Shown: positions 48,096-62,624, counted from the first letter of the whole stretch. The stretch is DNA of 62,805 nucleotides, filler included, from Choristocarpus tenellus KU-1152 (GCA_964200185.2; 6 parts of 6 records of this genome joined end to end with filler, not necessarily neighbours in it); one strand, 5' to 3'. Numbers and translations: made by a program. The notes: a model not told the origin generated them from the letters alone.

Positions 48096-48924
48096 TACCA
48101 AATCCACCAACCTTCATTGAGTAGGAGGAAACACGCCAAGGATCCAAGGCTTGCAGATTACGATAGAATTGACTCCACAAGGAATTTATGATGTTTGTAC
48201 ATCTTACATATTCAATCGGCGACGGCTACGTTCGACCTGTTCGTGACACGGGAATTTCGCGGCTCTAACAAGGTAGTCGGTGAACCCCCCCCCCCTCCTC
48301 TACCTCCTACCCCCTCCTTTCATATCATACTGCATATTCAGATGTAAAGATATTGGAGGAGTATCTCCAACAAGGATGGCCTAGTACAGTGGGGTATATC
48401 GAATCACCCCACACCCTCACTCCCACAAAACATGTGTTCTCTTTGGTGCTTGTTCTCAGTTGAGGATACCTTCAACTCAATCTTTTCGAAAGTAGAGGCT
48501 GCACTTGCACTAGAGGCCTTAGATCATGCCGAGGCTATGGAGTGCGACACGTGGACCGTCGGTGATATGAGTGGCTCCATCGCTGGCTACAAAGGGAAGA
48601 AGGTTGGTGTAGCCAGGAGGTGTAGTCTCGTTGTATTGTGCACTCCCTTCGGAAGATGGAAAGTGTTCCAGAAAAAAAGTAGAGAAAAAAAATAGTGTAT
48701 GCCAAGGTGACTCATCGCCTGAAGTTGATCCCGTATCATTGGGGCAACACTTGGTCCAATCTGCAGTGGTAGATACAGCCGCTACACTGCAACTGACTAA
48801 TGCAGTTGTACTCATAGCTCATCTTATCCTGTTTTAAGGTTGCTTCCTGTGGTGCTTATGCTTATGCTTGTGACAATGTTCCGAAAGAATGCTTTTTTCT
48901 GTGTATGGAGCTTGAGCATTGCAA

Positions 48925-49312
48925 GAGTAGTGAGTTAGGGTTAGGGTTATGGTTTGCATTAATAGAAACTTCTACCCTATACCCTATTCTAATGGCTGAA
49001 ATGCAGCCTGACCCCCCTTAGAAGGCTATGACTATAGTGAGTTAGGGTTAGGGTTAGGGTTAGGGTTTACATTAATAAAAACTTCTACACTATACCCCAT
49101 TCTCATGGCTGAAATGTAGCTTGACCTCCCTTAGAAAGCTATGACTACTAGGTTTTAAATTGTAGTGTAAGGAGTAGTGAGTTAGGGTTAGGGCTAGGGT
49201 TAGGGTTAGGGTTAGGGTTTGCATTGATAAAAACTTCTTCCCTATACCCCATTCTCATGACTGAAATGCAGCTTGACCTCCCTTAGAAAGCTATGACTAA
49301 AAGGTTTTAAAT
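48925..49312. repeat. Three tandem ~110-140-bp units, each with a (TTAGGG)n tract
   Basis: Unit: tagtgag-(ttaggg)n-tttgcattaat..ctataccccattctcatggctgaaatgcagcttgacctcccttagaaagctatgacta, with n = 3, 4 and 6. Confidence 0.9.
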
Positions 49313-49806
49313 GAGGGGATCTCTTCGGGGGGTGAGATGTTATCTAATGAGGGAATTCCCTGCTTTTCTGCTGACTTATTGACTGGCAGTTGATGGAGCT
49401 GTACATTGTTAATATTCTTTTGCTATGAATAGCCCAAGTAACTCCATACACGCAATGTAAAAAACCATTCTTATTTCACACTGTTCCACTGACTGAGCCG
49501 AAGTCCAAAGTTTTTAAGTTTTCGTTTTTCGTCAGATAATCGTGTCCTTCATTTTTGTATACACTATTTAAAAAAAGAGTACGTTTCTATTTTTTTCATG
49601 GTTGGGTACTCCCAAGTTCCCTCCTCTCCTCACAGAGATGTCATCATCCCGAAGTGAAACATAATTTTCTTTTTTGTCATTGAACATCCTGTGCTCTTGC
49701 CCCCCTAGCCAAGTAGCAGTCAGTATTTTCTTGTCACAGTCTGCCTCTATACTGTACTTGTCATATCTCTCCCCCCCCCCCACCCCCCCTCTCCCTTCCC
49801 CACCAC

Positions 49807-49906
49807 NNNNNNNNNNNNNNNNNNNNNNNNNNNNNNNNNNNNNNNNNNNNTTAATTAATTAANNNNNNNNNNNNNNNNNNNNNNNNNNNNNNNNNNNNNN
49901 NNNNNN
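49807..49906. other. Artificial contig-join spacer
   Basis: N44-TTAATTAATTAA-N44. Confidence 0.97.
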
Positions 49907-49949
49907 CCCTACGCCTGGTGCAAGACGGGGCAGCACACTCACTCACAGC

Positions 49950-50128
49950 GGCTCAAAGGATCTGGGGGGGGGGGTGGTGGCTGTCCTTTTGGGAACAATT
50001 TTTTTTGTCGCGATTTTTGTGTGATTTGATTCCATACGTCAGATGGATAATGAAAGTGCACTTTTCCTGGTTTTGGCCCAAATGGACACCCTGGTGTAGA
50101 CTCCCCCCCCCCCCAGATACTTGGGGTC
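49950..50128. mobile_element. MITE family B copy (inverted relative to 11437-11609)
   Basis: GGCTCAAAGGATCTGGGG...CCCAAATGGACACCCTGGTGTAGACTCCCC..AGATACTTGGGGTC is the reverse complement of 11437-11609; TSD not exact. Confidence 0.85.
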
Positions 50129-52628
50129 AGTGGGTGTGCCCCTCCACTACTACCCATCTTTCCAAAGCAGTGTATCAGGACTTTTTTTTCTTCATCTTGG
50201 GCACACACTTGATAGGGAAAATTTCCGATTTCGCCACACCAAGAAATTTACATGCCGTGGACAACATGACACTCAACACCATCATATTATTCCCATGAGC
50301 GTCCTCCTAGCTCAGTGCGGTCAGTGGTAGTCTACCAGCTTCCTTCATCGGACCGTGCATGTTCCAACTCGGGTAGCTATTGTTGCGTGATTTAAGGATC
50401 AACAATGATGTCACATCGATTTTGGTTGTGGTGTAAAACTACACACCCGAAAAGAAAAGAAAAAACGCGAAAAACAAAACAAACAGCACTCCATACCACC
50501 ACGAAAATAGATCCTCAGGTTTTCCAGAAGAATTTACTCTGGTCGACAATAATATTCCCACATCACATATATATATATATATATCTTATTATGCTCTCTG
50601 ATATTTCACAGATGTACCATTGGAATATCCTAAGAACTCTTGAGTGTATTTATACAATCGAGCTCTGACAGTCCTAGACCAGTCCTGATGAAGATTTTTT
50701 TTAATCGTTTGTAGCTCTCCAGTCCAAAACACGTGTACCATATATGATGCACTCGGAATGCACTCTCTGTCCCCAAACACACAGAAGACGTGTGTCTGTG
50801 TCGTCTTTTTATTGCAGTATGTGTGTGCTGTGTTGAAGCACAAAGTGTAATGATACAAGCCATCTTAAGAAAAGGACTTCATTGATGTGGAATCCCCACA
50901 CAGCTCTTATCCTGTCATGGTCAATAAGCCGTTCAGGCATTACCTGTCTGGCCCCCTACCCTTGAGAGCGCATGCACTTCCTTCAGGATGGAATTGTATG
51001 CAGTCTCCCCAGTGAAAGATCAGTCATCTCAGTCTTCACTGAGTCTCTTGAAGCCCTCTTCCAAGAGATTATTTGCCTATTAATAAAATCATTGTAGCAT
51101 ATATTGTGGACTTCAACATGGCCCAAACGGAAAACCGCTCTGAATTGTCCTGTCAGAGAGAAAACGTTGTGTCCTTTCTCGATCCTTCCTTGAGCTTTGT
51201 CACCCTGTTGAGATAATTAAACCTCATACCGCAATAACTTGCAGGAAATCGGATTGCAAGGATGGAGCGTCGAAGCTCTCATGGTTAGAAAATGCTCAAT
51301 CTTGTGAGACAGATTCATAAAGTTGAAAGTCTTGAGTGCGCCACAAAGCTAATAATCCAAAATCTTCAAGTAGCTGGTTTCTTCCATTCACTCGCCTATA
51401 AAGGCAAACACTATGTTATGTCCAAGAGACATTCCAGCCCCAAAAGCACTGAACCTAAGTTGTGCCTGGTAATTAATATTCTGGTCCGAAACGTATGTGT
51501 AACATTTGTATACCTTATGTGGGTGGAGCTGTATGATGTGATGATGTTCACGAGTGATGGTATAATTCGTTTGACTCAAGCTGTGAACAGTTTCTTGCAA
51601 GGCTACTACTACACAGGGCAGTAACTAGGTGTACTTGAATTTAAGGAATGTGTTCATTTTAGAACATTTCAGCTCGTTAGTGTGTGTAGACTAGTGGTGG
51701 TACAGACCGTGCTTATTGACATCAGCTCTGAAACGAGACGTTTTGCCTGTTCTGGATGAAGAGATCTTCTATGCACTAGACTTGAACCTAACAACACCTT
51801 CCACTTTTTGAATGACCTCGTGTCTGGCAGGATGCCCAATGTTCCCATCCTTCGTGCTGTGAATCAGAACTCCTGGTCAGGGACGAAAGTGTCTCTCATG
51901 GCAATCACCATAGGGGCTCTATACTTTTCCAATCGGGTTGTTGGAATTTTTGCTGAAGCAGAGGGTGTGACAGAAGCAGAGGTGGCGGCCTGGTGTAACA
52001 TCAGCAAAGGACGGCGAACATGACTTGTATACAAAATAACCCTAACCCTATCCTGACAGTAGGATGTCGGTGGTGTTACTATGTCTGTGTATGTTCTTTA
52101 AACAGCTACAGTGGGATAGTAGCATGCTGTAGCGGCACATATTCATCAGTGATGTTGAAACTTTACAACTTGCAGCAGTTATAGGGAAAAGGTCCCTTGA
52201 AAAGATATGCATGGTCACAGCGATAAACTAGACACACTGCTCATAGGCTAGGACAGGGCAGAGGTGTTGAAAAAGAATATTAAAAGCGATGCTGCAAGAA
52301 AAAATAATGACAATATATATCAAGACTTCAAAACGGTACTAAACGCAACAGGCAAAAAATACTGGAAGAAGAGGATGAGGATCGCAACAAACCAGCATGT
52401 TTTTGCGTTGAACCACTGCATATGGCACAGACCCCCCACCTTGTCCTCTCAAGATCTATCAATAGTAACCTCTCTGGGGTAAGAAAAAACAATAATATCG
52501 GAAATGCACAATGCAACAAAAACTCCAGCAGCGCGTGAACAGTGGAATTTTGTCCAACCAAAAGATGTGGCACCCTACATTCGCCAGCAATCAATCCTCA
52601 AAGAACTATAGAGCTGAAGTCCTCCAGC

Positions 52629-55600
52629 TCAGGGGCGCAACGATGACTGTGCCTTGAGGAGAATCTCCTCCCTCATCTTGGGGTAGTCAGGGTACTGCAC
52701 CAGGACCTTGTTGCAAATATCTATTGCCTCAATGAACCTTAGGGGCAAAGGAGTCGAAAGCAAGACCAGTGGAACAGTGAAAATCGACCATTTTATATAT
52801 ATATATATATATTGATGAACCACATGTTCAGAAGAAGTGGATGGCAAGAGCAGTGAGTGTGCTGGGAATGCAAAAGGAGACCATGCCGTTCTTTTTTTTT
52901 TTTTATTGTTGTGCCAGATCTATTAGTAGGAGGAAGACTGCCCAAAAGCTCTATCCCTATATGTTGTATTGGATGAATAAAGGGTAATCCGAAAGAGTCA
53001 TGTCATGAAACCATGTTGAAAATCCTCACCTGCTGGCCTTCATATAGTTGAATGCAAGTTTGAACCCAACAGCTGCAGCAGTCTCGTGTCCTAATATCCA
53101 ACTCTTTTCATAGCAATCTGCAGCATCCTTGTAGCTCTGCTCCTTTTCCATGACAAGTCCCATCGTCTCCCATGCTCTAGAACACGACTTGTTGTAGCTC
53201 AAGCATCGCCGGCAGAGATCCTTCATTACATTCAGAGGGATTGTGTTGGGTGCAGCTATAGTGCTGAGTAAGTACTTCGAAGCCTCAGGATTACAACATG
53301 GTGTGAAGGTTACTTGAAAAAGCGTTTGGATACGGCATACAAGGGTTAGGGTTAGGGGATGTTGAATTGGAGGGAAGATCTGTTGATGGGGAAGACTGTG
53401 GAGATGACGTCAATTTAAGAAGTAGGCGGTTCTCAAGCAGAGAGTGAAGGCGTGAATGGAAAGGCCAAGCGAGACCAACACCGAGAACTCACACAGACCT
53501 TGTGTGCACAGCTCAGATCAGGAAAGCTCATCATTGCTAGAGTAGAGCTAGCTCTATGGAAAGATTTAAGGAACGAACTTCAATTACCGTTGTTTTCGCA
53601 ACTCACAGCCTAATAATAATAATGTTAGATGTATAGTTTTATTTCACAACTTTGAATGGTCTTGCCTGGGCAAGGTCGAACTTTCCCCTTTGAATGTATA
53701 GATCAGCCAGGTGAAGGTACGCCTGCTCAAACTCCTCAGCCATGTCCATTGCGTAAGGCATCTTTGCAATCCGCTTGAGGGCATTACGTGCCTGAAGAAA
53801 TCAGTCCAGGTGACGAAGAGAGAGAGAGAGAGAGAGAGAGTCATTTGTACGGACTGGCATTCGCTTCTACAAGTGGGTATCGATCCAGAGAGAAGGATAG
53901 ATTGCACCAAACTAGAGGTACTTGATTGAGAAAAGCGACTCTGAAAGTAAGTACCTTGGAGTATCACTTCTTATAGTGGTTTGTTGCACTTCAAAGTATA
54001 TGTATTCAACATCAAATAGTTACGGAATGTTGAACAACAACTGCAGCCTATTGACACAATGCTACTTTATTGCACATTCCAACTAACCCCACCAATTTAT
54101 TTTTATTCTTATCATTACACTAGTATCAGCATTCTTATTGATGTTACTACAAGAAATAGTTTTGGCATAACAGATATAATGATATATTTTTTCTCAGACA
54201 ATTAACAACAGCAACAAAAACGTGGCTTTGAAGTAGGTTAGGTGATGAACGATAGGCAACAAGTGTATGGAACTATCACTAAGTATTATATGTACTGTGG
54301 TTTCATCGACTGTAGATTCGCACCAGGCCCCTTTGCTTGCACACACCCTACTCCTCCACACCTCCACTCCCCAAATACCAAATAATCCTCTCTTCTCCTA
54401 CAATTGTGATCTACTCAGCATTAGAGTTTCCCCAGTTCTGTAGGCCTTCGGTTCACGGAAATGAAAATTTTGATGCCCTACTGGATCAAACACAACAATT
54501 AATGGCACTTTTACTATATAAGGTACACCTTGTTGGCCGCATCTTCAAGCATAAATGCTGTTGACATGCCTAGCAGGGAAGGGAGGTGGTCTTTCTCCTC
54601 TTCAAGCGTATTGATAAAACCGGTCATGGCCTCATTGATCTTCTCCTTTTCTCGACTGGCCATCTTTACCATGTATTCTAAGTTCCTGTTTCATCATTGT
54701 TTCACAGCAGAAAATGGAAGGAGGGGATGGGGGGCACTTGAAGTTTTGCCCTGAGGAAGTAGCCAACCACTGGATTTCAGTGACTGTAGGTGTTTTGGGT
54801 TCTGAAGAGAATCATGGACAGAGGTAGGTGCTCAGGCCACATAAGGAATGGATACCCAAGAATGCTAGGAACCGAGAGACAACAGATCTTACACCAGGGA
54901 GATGCAACCAAGTGAGGGAGTACTGTACTGGAGAATCCATCAACAGGTGCAACCGATCACCTAACTCGGAGGGAATTCGCTCCCTCCTTAATTCCCTCCA
55001 TTGCCCTGAGCTCAGATAGGAGTTTCTCCATGACTTCTGCATAGTCTGGAGTTTTGTCTCCTGGAGTGGTTTCCCAAAGAGGGTCATTGTTTGGGCTAAG
55101 GTATATCTTGATTAGATGCTCCAATGCCTGGCTACCCCACCTTAAGTTAGGGTTGTGGGACCAGGTAAGGGGTTGGAATGGGAGAAGACAAGCACGAAGC
55201 ATATGGGAGGGCAGGAAACAGCTGGATCAGCGACCCAAGTAATTTTCGCACAAGTTAGAAGTAGCTGTGTCAGCATTGGTAAGGACTTTGAGGAGTCGTT
55301 CATGACTCAGAAGTACCCACTATATATATATACCCACTATCTGAAAATACTCATAGTTTGCAGGGGATGCCGTACAGTCTGCAAGTCCCTGCATCACTCA
55401 CTCTCCATCTCGTCTTGCCAGATTTAAGTGCTTGACTGCCTCATGCAGATTGTTTGTGTATTTGAGATACAGCCCGCGGCAATATCGAAATCCTGCATGG
55501 GCAGATGACCGTGGATCTGCCCCTTCAGCTGAGGCCAGTAAGGTTGGAACCTGTTGCGACAAAGACAATGTTGTCAAAAAGGGGCAGAAGCACTACTGTA

Positions 55601-58600
55601 AAGGCATTGGTTATTAGAGGGAAGAGCTTAGAACGCAAAATACACATATTGATATATTATGCAAGGTTGGAGAGAGGGGACAGCCTCAACCATCACCCCT
55701 TGAACACCTTTTGGACAGCACACATGCTTGATTGCATCATGGATGCGAGCATTGTAAATGCCTTACCCAGAAGACTCTACACATTCCATCGGATTTGTCT
55801 ACATTCGACTGTTGTGGGGTCATGGTCATGCCAGGTTAGCTTTTACTCAAGGAGTTCAGTGCTTTTGCCACACCTGGGTTAGTTTACCAGCCCTCTGCAG
55901 CAGGCAGATGAGCTTAGCAAGGGCCTTATAGTTGTTGGGATTATTGGACAGTACATTCTGGTAGCACATGATGGCTTTGTCATGCTCCGCACGCAGAAAG
56001 GCCACCTGTTGGTAGGACAAGTTACAAGCAGTTGGTAGAGGTATGTATATATACACCACTATATTCATTATGTTTATAGTATGCAATTCTACTTTGGAAC
56101 AAAGAATCTCGTCAACTACAGGGAAGTAAAGTATCAAGACACATTGCACATGACACTGTACCTACTAGCACACAAATTTCAGGGGTGCACTCACCTCCGC
56201 CAATATCATTGCCGCTGGTTCATTACTTCCCCCTGAAATACGAAGTGCATCATTGCAGAGACGCTCGCACTCCTCGTGCCCATTCCTGGGCATCAGTGCC
56301 ATGAGGGGGAGGGGGGGGTAAGAAAGATATAAGGTTTAAAAATGCTATGCTGGTGAGAACTGTTTCGAGGCGCTGAGTACCAGTTACCAAAAAAAAGTAT
56401 TAACAAGGAAGGCAGACGATTCTCCTCCATTTTCTCCATGTATACACGTTCCATTGGTCAGTTTTTCTTGAGATATATCGGAGGGGGGTCATTGTGCAAT
56501 ACTCTAACATAAGCATTGTGTCGCTGTACTATGTCTTCATCCCATACCCACCCCACCAAAGTGTTTTATTGCTAAATTGAATATTACCATAACTCTTTTG
56601 ACAATATCAAAATTAGAAAATATAGTGGACTCTACCTGCGCAGATGGACCCCTGCTAACCCCACCATGCTCTCCTCATCCACTTCGTTTGCCTTCAGAGC
56701 CTCTTTGTAGAAATCCATTGCCCTGTTTTAGCACAGGTGACTGAGAAGAGGTAGCACTGTAGCGATATGCCTTTGTTTCAGGTCGAACAAACCTCAGCAC
56801 TGCAACATCAAAATCAAGTCTACTCTTCACCATTAAAGCAAGGATACTGCGCTTGCCTGAAAAAGTGAAAAATGGCCAATAATTGCACTGATCTGTCCAC
56901 GTTTTCACTCTTTACTTGGTGTCTGTACCAACTCTAAAAGGGCACAAAATCCTTCAAATAAGTCGACTGTCAGTTCTGTAGATTCTGGTGAGAGCTCATA
57001 AATGGAGCCACAGGCACAGAGAGTTTGGTCATGTTCTCACGATCACCTGGTGCTATGAAAAGGGCAGAAATCAAATACTCACTAGTTCATGCATTGAGGA
57101 TAATGCACAAGTCAGTGCAGCCTTCAGCAGCAACATCAATTTATCAATTCTTATATGGGGCAAGAAGTAGGCACATCCTGCTTCAGTAATGATTAGGTAG
57201 GTATACCAAGAGCCCTCACCGTTCCTCATTCTTGGTGACACTCAATGCAAACTTTGCTTGCTCCCTGCAAATCTTGGCCAGAAGAGTTTTTGCCACACTG
57301 ACGGTATCAGCGCTATCTGACCTTGATTAGCAGTTGAGATCGTATGCAGACAAGACATCATGCGATGTTTGAACTGCTCATAAAAACTATTGGCTACTCA
57401 TAAATAGGTCTACTTGCTGTAAGCTGGAGGCACGATTTTGCTGTTGGTGGCAAGGATAACATTTTATGTAGACCTGAAGGGTGAATCTTCATGTATACCT
57501 CACACGGTCGAGAACCGAGCTTTGCAGATCTTTGGCTGCACTGAGGGAAGACTCTGCCTGCTCAGTAAGCTCAGCTGCTTGTTGAACCTCTGCCGCAAGA
57601 AGTAGTGTCTGTACATCTGATACCATGCTGTCGAGGTCGGAAGGATCATCCAGCACTGCCTGAATATTTTACATCAAGGAGGCTTTGATAACAGATTTGA
57701 ATACCTTGAAACAGCGACACTAAGACCTGCTGTTGTTGTTCTAGGGCAAGGGCACACCATTGTGCTGTCACGAGAGGTACGACTTTCCATTGCCTAGAGT
57801 TCACCATTATTCTTACGTGGGAGGAACCCTTGGGTGGCACAGGCTGCATGTATGGTCAAATTGTTCTAAACGCGAACCTCTTCTCAAACAATTTCTCTAA
57901 ATATAGGTGTGCAGAATGTTGACCTCTCTGTTAAACGTTCTTGCCAACATATTATTTGGGGGTGGGTTGGCTAGTAGGGTCCCTAATGCTATTTGGATTA
58001 CAATGCCTCAAACTATGCAATGTGATGAGCTTGGAGTTGTTTATCAAATCGCTTCAACCTAATCAGTTTTCGAGTTGTACAGCATACCTCTCAGACCGAC
58101 AATTTTGAGGTGGTTGAAATATGTTGAGATATTAGGCAGCTCCATATGACCCAGGTTATTCTATTCCTCGTAGTCATTGTGAATCCACCACTTCCCGGAG
58201 TGGGGATGCCATTAACATCCCAAGTTTTCAAAGGAAGGCAACTAGCACATCTGTCTCAGTATTCCCCCCCCCCAGAGATGATAATCACATCTTGTATAAC
58301 TAGCTATTCAGTTTCGTGTCACTCATCACTATCTCTCTTTCTGAAGGACACACCCTTCCTCATCTATCCAGCTCAAAACGATTGAAATACTTTGCCTCAA
58401 AACATACGTTGGATATACTGCTTGAACAGTAGCCCGACCAAACAAAACGGATTATCAAAATGTCATGCTGCAAGTAAGGCAAGTCCAACTTGCAACTCTA
58501 TTTATGGAACATCCTGTAGCTGTGCATAAGCATATGTCCCACTCCTAACTTACCTCCTCCAGCACGCCAATGGCATCCTCGTATCTGCGCAACTTGAGAC

Positions 58601-61600
58601 AGAGGCGAGCCAGATCATGTCGAAGTACCATGCTTCGTGGAGCCCCTCGCAGAGCTTTGCGATAGTAGTCAACAGCTCGGCGGTAGTCATGGGTACTCAC
58701 CAGTGCCCGACCTACTTTTCCAGCAAGGGTCGTATCTGACGGGTCCATTTTGAGGGCGATCTGAAACGAGTCTATTGCTGCCTGTGACAAAGAGGTGCCA
58801 AAGCTGTTGGTGGGGGTGACCAATCAATGAGAGCTATACACGAGGATAATGGTGTTCGAAAACGGGATGTTGAAGTAAGCCGGTGCATGCAAGAGGATCT
58901 AGGAAAGACTCATTTTTCTGAATCGACTTAAGGCCTGAAATACGCCCCTTTCTTCAAAATTAGATTGGAGTTCTTGCTCCATTGTTGGGTTCACGGACAA
59001 AATTGGCTTGAGTCCTCCTCCAAGGGATATTTTCTACCCTTACTCTATTAATAGTCCAGAGTAACTGAGAGAGGTAGTGGTATTTGAACACCCCGAGACA
59101 GCAAGGAAGCATATAAACATGGTGTGTGCGCAGGAATTGACCAAATAGATACTACGAGAGTGATATGCACTCAGCAATATGAAATGCTCATGGTCGCACT
59201 ATGGTTGACTGTCAAGGTTGCACAAGTGTACAAGTCAAGATAGGTTGGTTCTTGCCGGGGCTAACTGCCCCATGTGCAGTCAAAACTTAGTTACCAGTAG
59301 TCAACTTAAAATTTCTTGACAGCACAAAAATGTAGAGTATACTACATTTGCAACTAAATGTTGCATTGTCTTTCAGCAGTTGTCTCTTCTACACTGTATT
59401 TTGGGCTCTTTTTTTGTATGTTTGGTTACATGGCTTGATTTTTGCAGTCATGAAACCTAACACGGAAAGAACACAAGAACAAAAGGAGGAAAAATATCCC
59501 CAAGCTCAACAAAAAATCTTTTCAGGGCTCTGTCCCTCTATGAGAGGTCTGAGTTACAAAGAACAAATTGTCAACGTGCACACCAGAGCAATCCATAGAG
59601 ATAAAACTACTAGTAGCTAAACTAAATATTTTCAAACAGCATCACTAGTTCATTCTAGGCTCCCGGGACATGATAATTTCCTTTTCCTCTGCAACTCTGT
59701 CCCACTGTTTCCCTCGAGAGTAATACTCATGCCCCCTTACCTCTGGCATTTGAATTCGCATGTATGCCTCGCCAAGCAGGACGTAAGTCCGTGCAGAAGG
59801 ATCAACTTGAGCCATGTCTCGGTAGCACTGGGCGTATGTCCTCTTGTCCCGACGAAGGGTGATGTAGGTGTTGGCTTTCACCACCTGTCACATTTTGAAT
59901 AAGAACGTCCGGAATCATATACCTGGGACACCATGGTCAGTTCTAGGGTTTGTAGTCTGTTTTTCTCTCCTGCCCTACCCCTGCTCTACAACAAAGGGTC
60001 TGCCCTTCATGGCACTTCATTTGTGTGCAAGCGCATCTATACAACTAGTACATCAACCTCTTTTTGGTGGTTTCTCTAGGTGTGTGCTTGAGGATGTCAT
60101 TTTTAACTTGTGCTCAATTTGGTGTTGGATTCTGCACCTCAAACATACTCCTGGAACAACACAAATGAATAGTCATAAAGAACAGTTGTAGTGAGGTGTA
60201 TATGAGGTATTAGGTAGTGCTGGGAACCAACTGAAGTATTGGTTTCAGTTTAGTCGGATAGAACAACTTCAATTGATTTCATTCAACTGTCCGTGCATGA
60301 GGCAAGATGTTAGGATTGTTTGGAGCACTGAATGGTAGCACATAGCAAGGTTCGTGCAGAGAGCTGGTTACAAGCCCCTCCTGAGGCGCAAGATTTTGAC
60401 TTGCATTCTTTTCTGTCCTCCATTTCCACTACCAGAAGCGTAAGGTCTTGAATTTGGTGAGACTCACTAAATGCTCATGTTTTACTCAAGGGACACATGA
60501 CTACAGGATTGACCTCGAAAGATAGTAGCTTTATCATCAGCTCAATACTTTACATTGCTTTTATTGTTTTAGTACACTTCAAAGTAGTACAGACTATGCT
60601 TTTCGGGGGGGGGGGCTGGAAGTACCAGTTTTTCAGAGTGTACTTTGAACCCTCTCCATGGCAGTGCTCTATTTTCTCTTGGCTTGATAGTGGATTGTGT
60701 ATGTTGCTCTTGCCAAGTCTGAACGATGCGATTTTCGCACTCCTGGTCTCTAATCTCCTCCACTTCAGTCAACTATTCGTGCTCCACCACAAATAGTGCT
60801 TTGCACCAGAGCATGCGCATGAATGGCATTGATTGTAGTGATTCCACATAGCTCAAAAAATGCGTTGAAGTACTATATGGTGCTCAAACGACAGAAGCAA
60901 TTTGAACTGATCCAATACCTGGACACTTATGTACGCAGGAGAGGTCTTTGGCACACTGTTCAGAATGGCTACAGCCTTGTCAAAGTCCCCACGCTCAATG
61001 GCCACTTGGCTGTTGGCAATCACTACTTGAACTTGATCTGGCCTGCAGACAGCAGACAGTGGAAAGGTTGATATGTTTTTGGGGAATGGTTACTGGGCAC
61101 ATGCAGAAAATGTTTACGACCTCCTAGTGCTTGTGTAGTATCTGTTACGTTAACTTCCACCACTACACATTATGTCATTACACAGGAAGTAGCGATTAAT
61201 ATTAGTAATAGGTACATACCATCCCGAGCCCCTTGCCTACCTCCAAACCTCACTAAAATATATCAGTTACATACTTTAATATAGATTAGAGCTATTCTAT
61301 CTTGGAGGCGGTGCTGTTGAGTACTTGGTGCTCCTATGAATGCCTTGTATTTAGTACACGTACTTCTAGCACTCTGAAGGACAATTTCACGCCTATGTGG
61401 ACAAACGATTGTGTACTCCTCTACAGCCATAGTCCCGTACGGGGGGGGGGGTTAACTGCATGTTAAGCATGGATTGGGGTGTCAGGGAGAAGACTTAAGA
61501 GTCCTCTGTGCTCAAAAGAGTCTAACTTGACGTCCCTCTAAGATATGATGGCTCTTAATATCTGTACGATAGAGGTGGACTGTAAGGCTTGAGAGCTTAA

Positions 61601-61838
61601 CCTATACTAAAATCGTTGTTGTGAGAGTCACAATCTACAACATCACACCCCTAGGGTTCAAGTCCATTCCTAAAACATGTAAGTTGGGCCTTGAGGTACA
61701 AGGCACTTGGGTTGCTTTTTGCAGTAGCACAGCAGATATTACACAGTGTACTGAATCTTGCAAAGGCAAAACTCACGTTCCTCGAAAGAGAGCCATGGCC
61801 TCCTTCACCAACTCGTCTGCATCTGAAGTTCGCTTTAG
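52629..61838 (-). CDS. TTC21B: Intraflagellar transport protein IFT139/TTC21B, 3' half (exons approx. 61777-61838, 60918-61042, 59741-59884, 58553-58781, 57499-57659, 57220-57321, 56636-56722, 56194-56286, 55874-56005, 55395-55550, 54961-55140, 54529-54685, 53666-53791, 53030-53220, 52629-52737)
   Basis: TPR repeats with IFT139 signatures: LLGEAYMRIQMPE, KVGRALVSTHDYRRAVDYY, ARNALKRIAKM, DLCRRCLSYNKSCSRAWETMGLVMEKEQSYKDAA..YEKSW, VGFKLAFNYMKA, and C-terminus AIDICNKVL..YPDYPKMREEILLKAQSSLRP*. Confidence 0.95.
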
Positions 61839-62367
61839 CTATTGGAGGAGTAACACCACCAGGAAGATACATGTGTTGGGAACAATTAAAGTAGTGAGGC
61901 ACATCCTGCCTTAGAAGACTTCCTACTCGTTAGACAAGTGTAAGGGGGAATAGAGTGAGCAGCTGGATGAAGTATTCACTATTATTGTCACATATGTAAA
62001 AGAATATCAAAAAGTATGGTCTGCTTAGTGCTTACTGTGGACAGGATTAAAAAAAAAAACTGAAGTTTGCTCCTGACAAGAAAAAATACTTGGCAGACAA
62101 CTGGATCTCAATCACTAAACAATTTGGCAGAGCCACTGCACTACGTCCTAAATCTGCGCCTAAATTACCATGGGAAATCGCATGTCTACTTCACAATCAA
62201 CAACTCAACAACTCCAGAACCGTCCGGAGTTCTCAAGGATATGCAACATCAGGAAAAGCCGTCGTATGCAGTTGACTGATGCAGCCCAAGGGCCCATAGT
62301 ATCCTAGAGGGGGATCAGACGTCCAATTAGGGTCTTTATGACCCTGTGGTGAGTTCATATTATATGA

Positions 62368-62624
62368 GAGCCAAAGTATCTCAGAGGGTAGAGCCACGTC
62401 CATTTGGGGATCAAAATCCAATGTTGTGATTTCGATGCAATATTGGCTATCGGGTTTGTTAGGAAGCGTCAATATCCTTGTTCTAGACACACCTTTCATA
62501 ACATACAAATTTACCTACCCCGAAATATTTTGGAGTAGGAAAATGTCATAAAAAACCCCATGGGAAGCCAAGCCCCAAACGGACAAACAGGGAAAAATTC
62601 GTACCCCCTAAGATACTTTCACTC
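62368..62624. mobile_element. MITE family A copy (257 bp) with ATGA TSD, probably in a TTC21B intron
   Basis: GAGCCAAAGTATCTCAGAGGGTA...TACCCCCTAAGATACTTTCACTC; ATGA at 62364-62367 and 62625-62628; inverted homolog of 44539-44800. Confidence 0.92.

Noticed and set aside
50900-52020. Possible decayed retroelement between the MITE and the TTC21B 3' end
   Set aside because: No RT, integrase or endonuclease motifs were recognisable.
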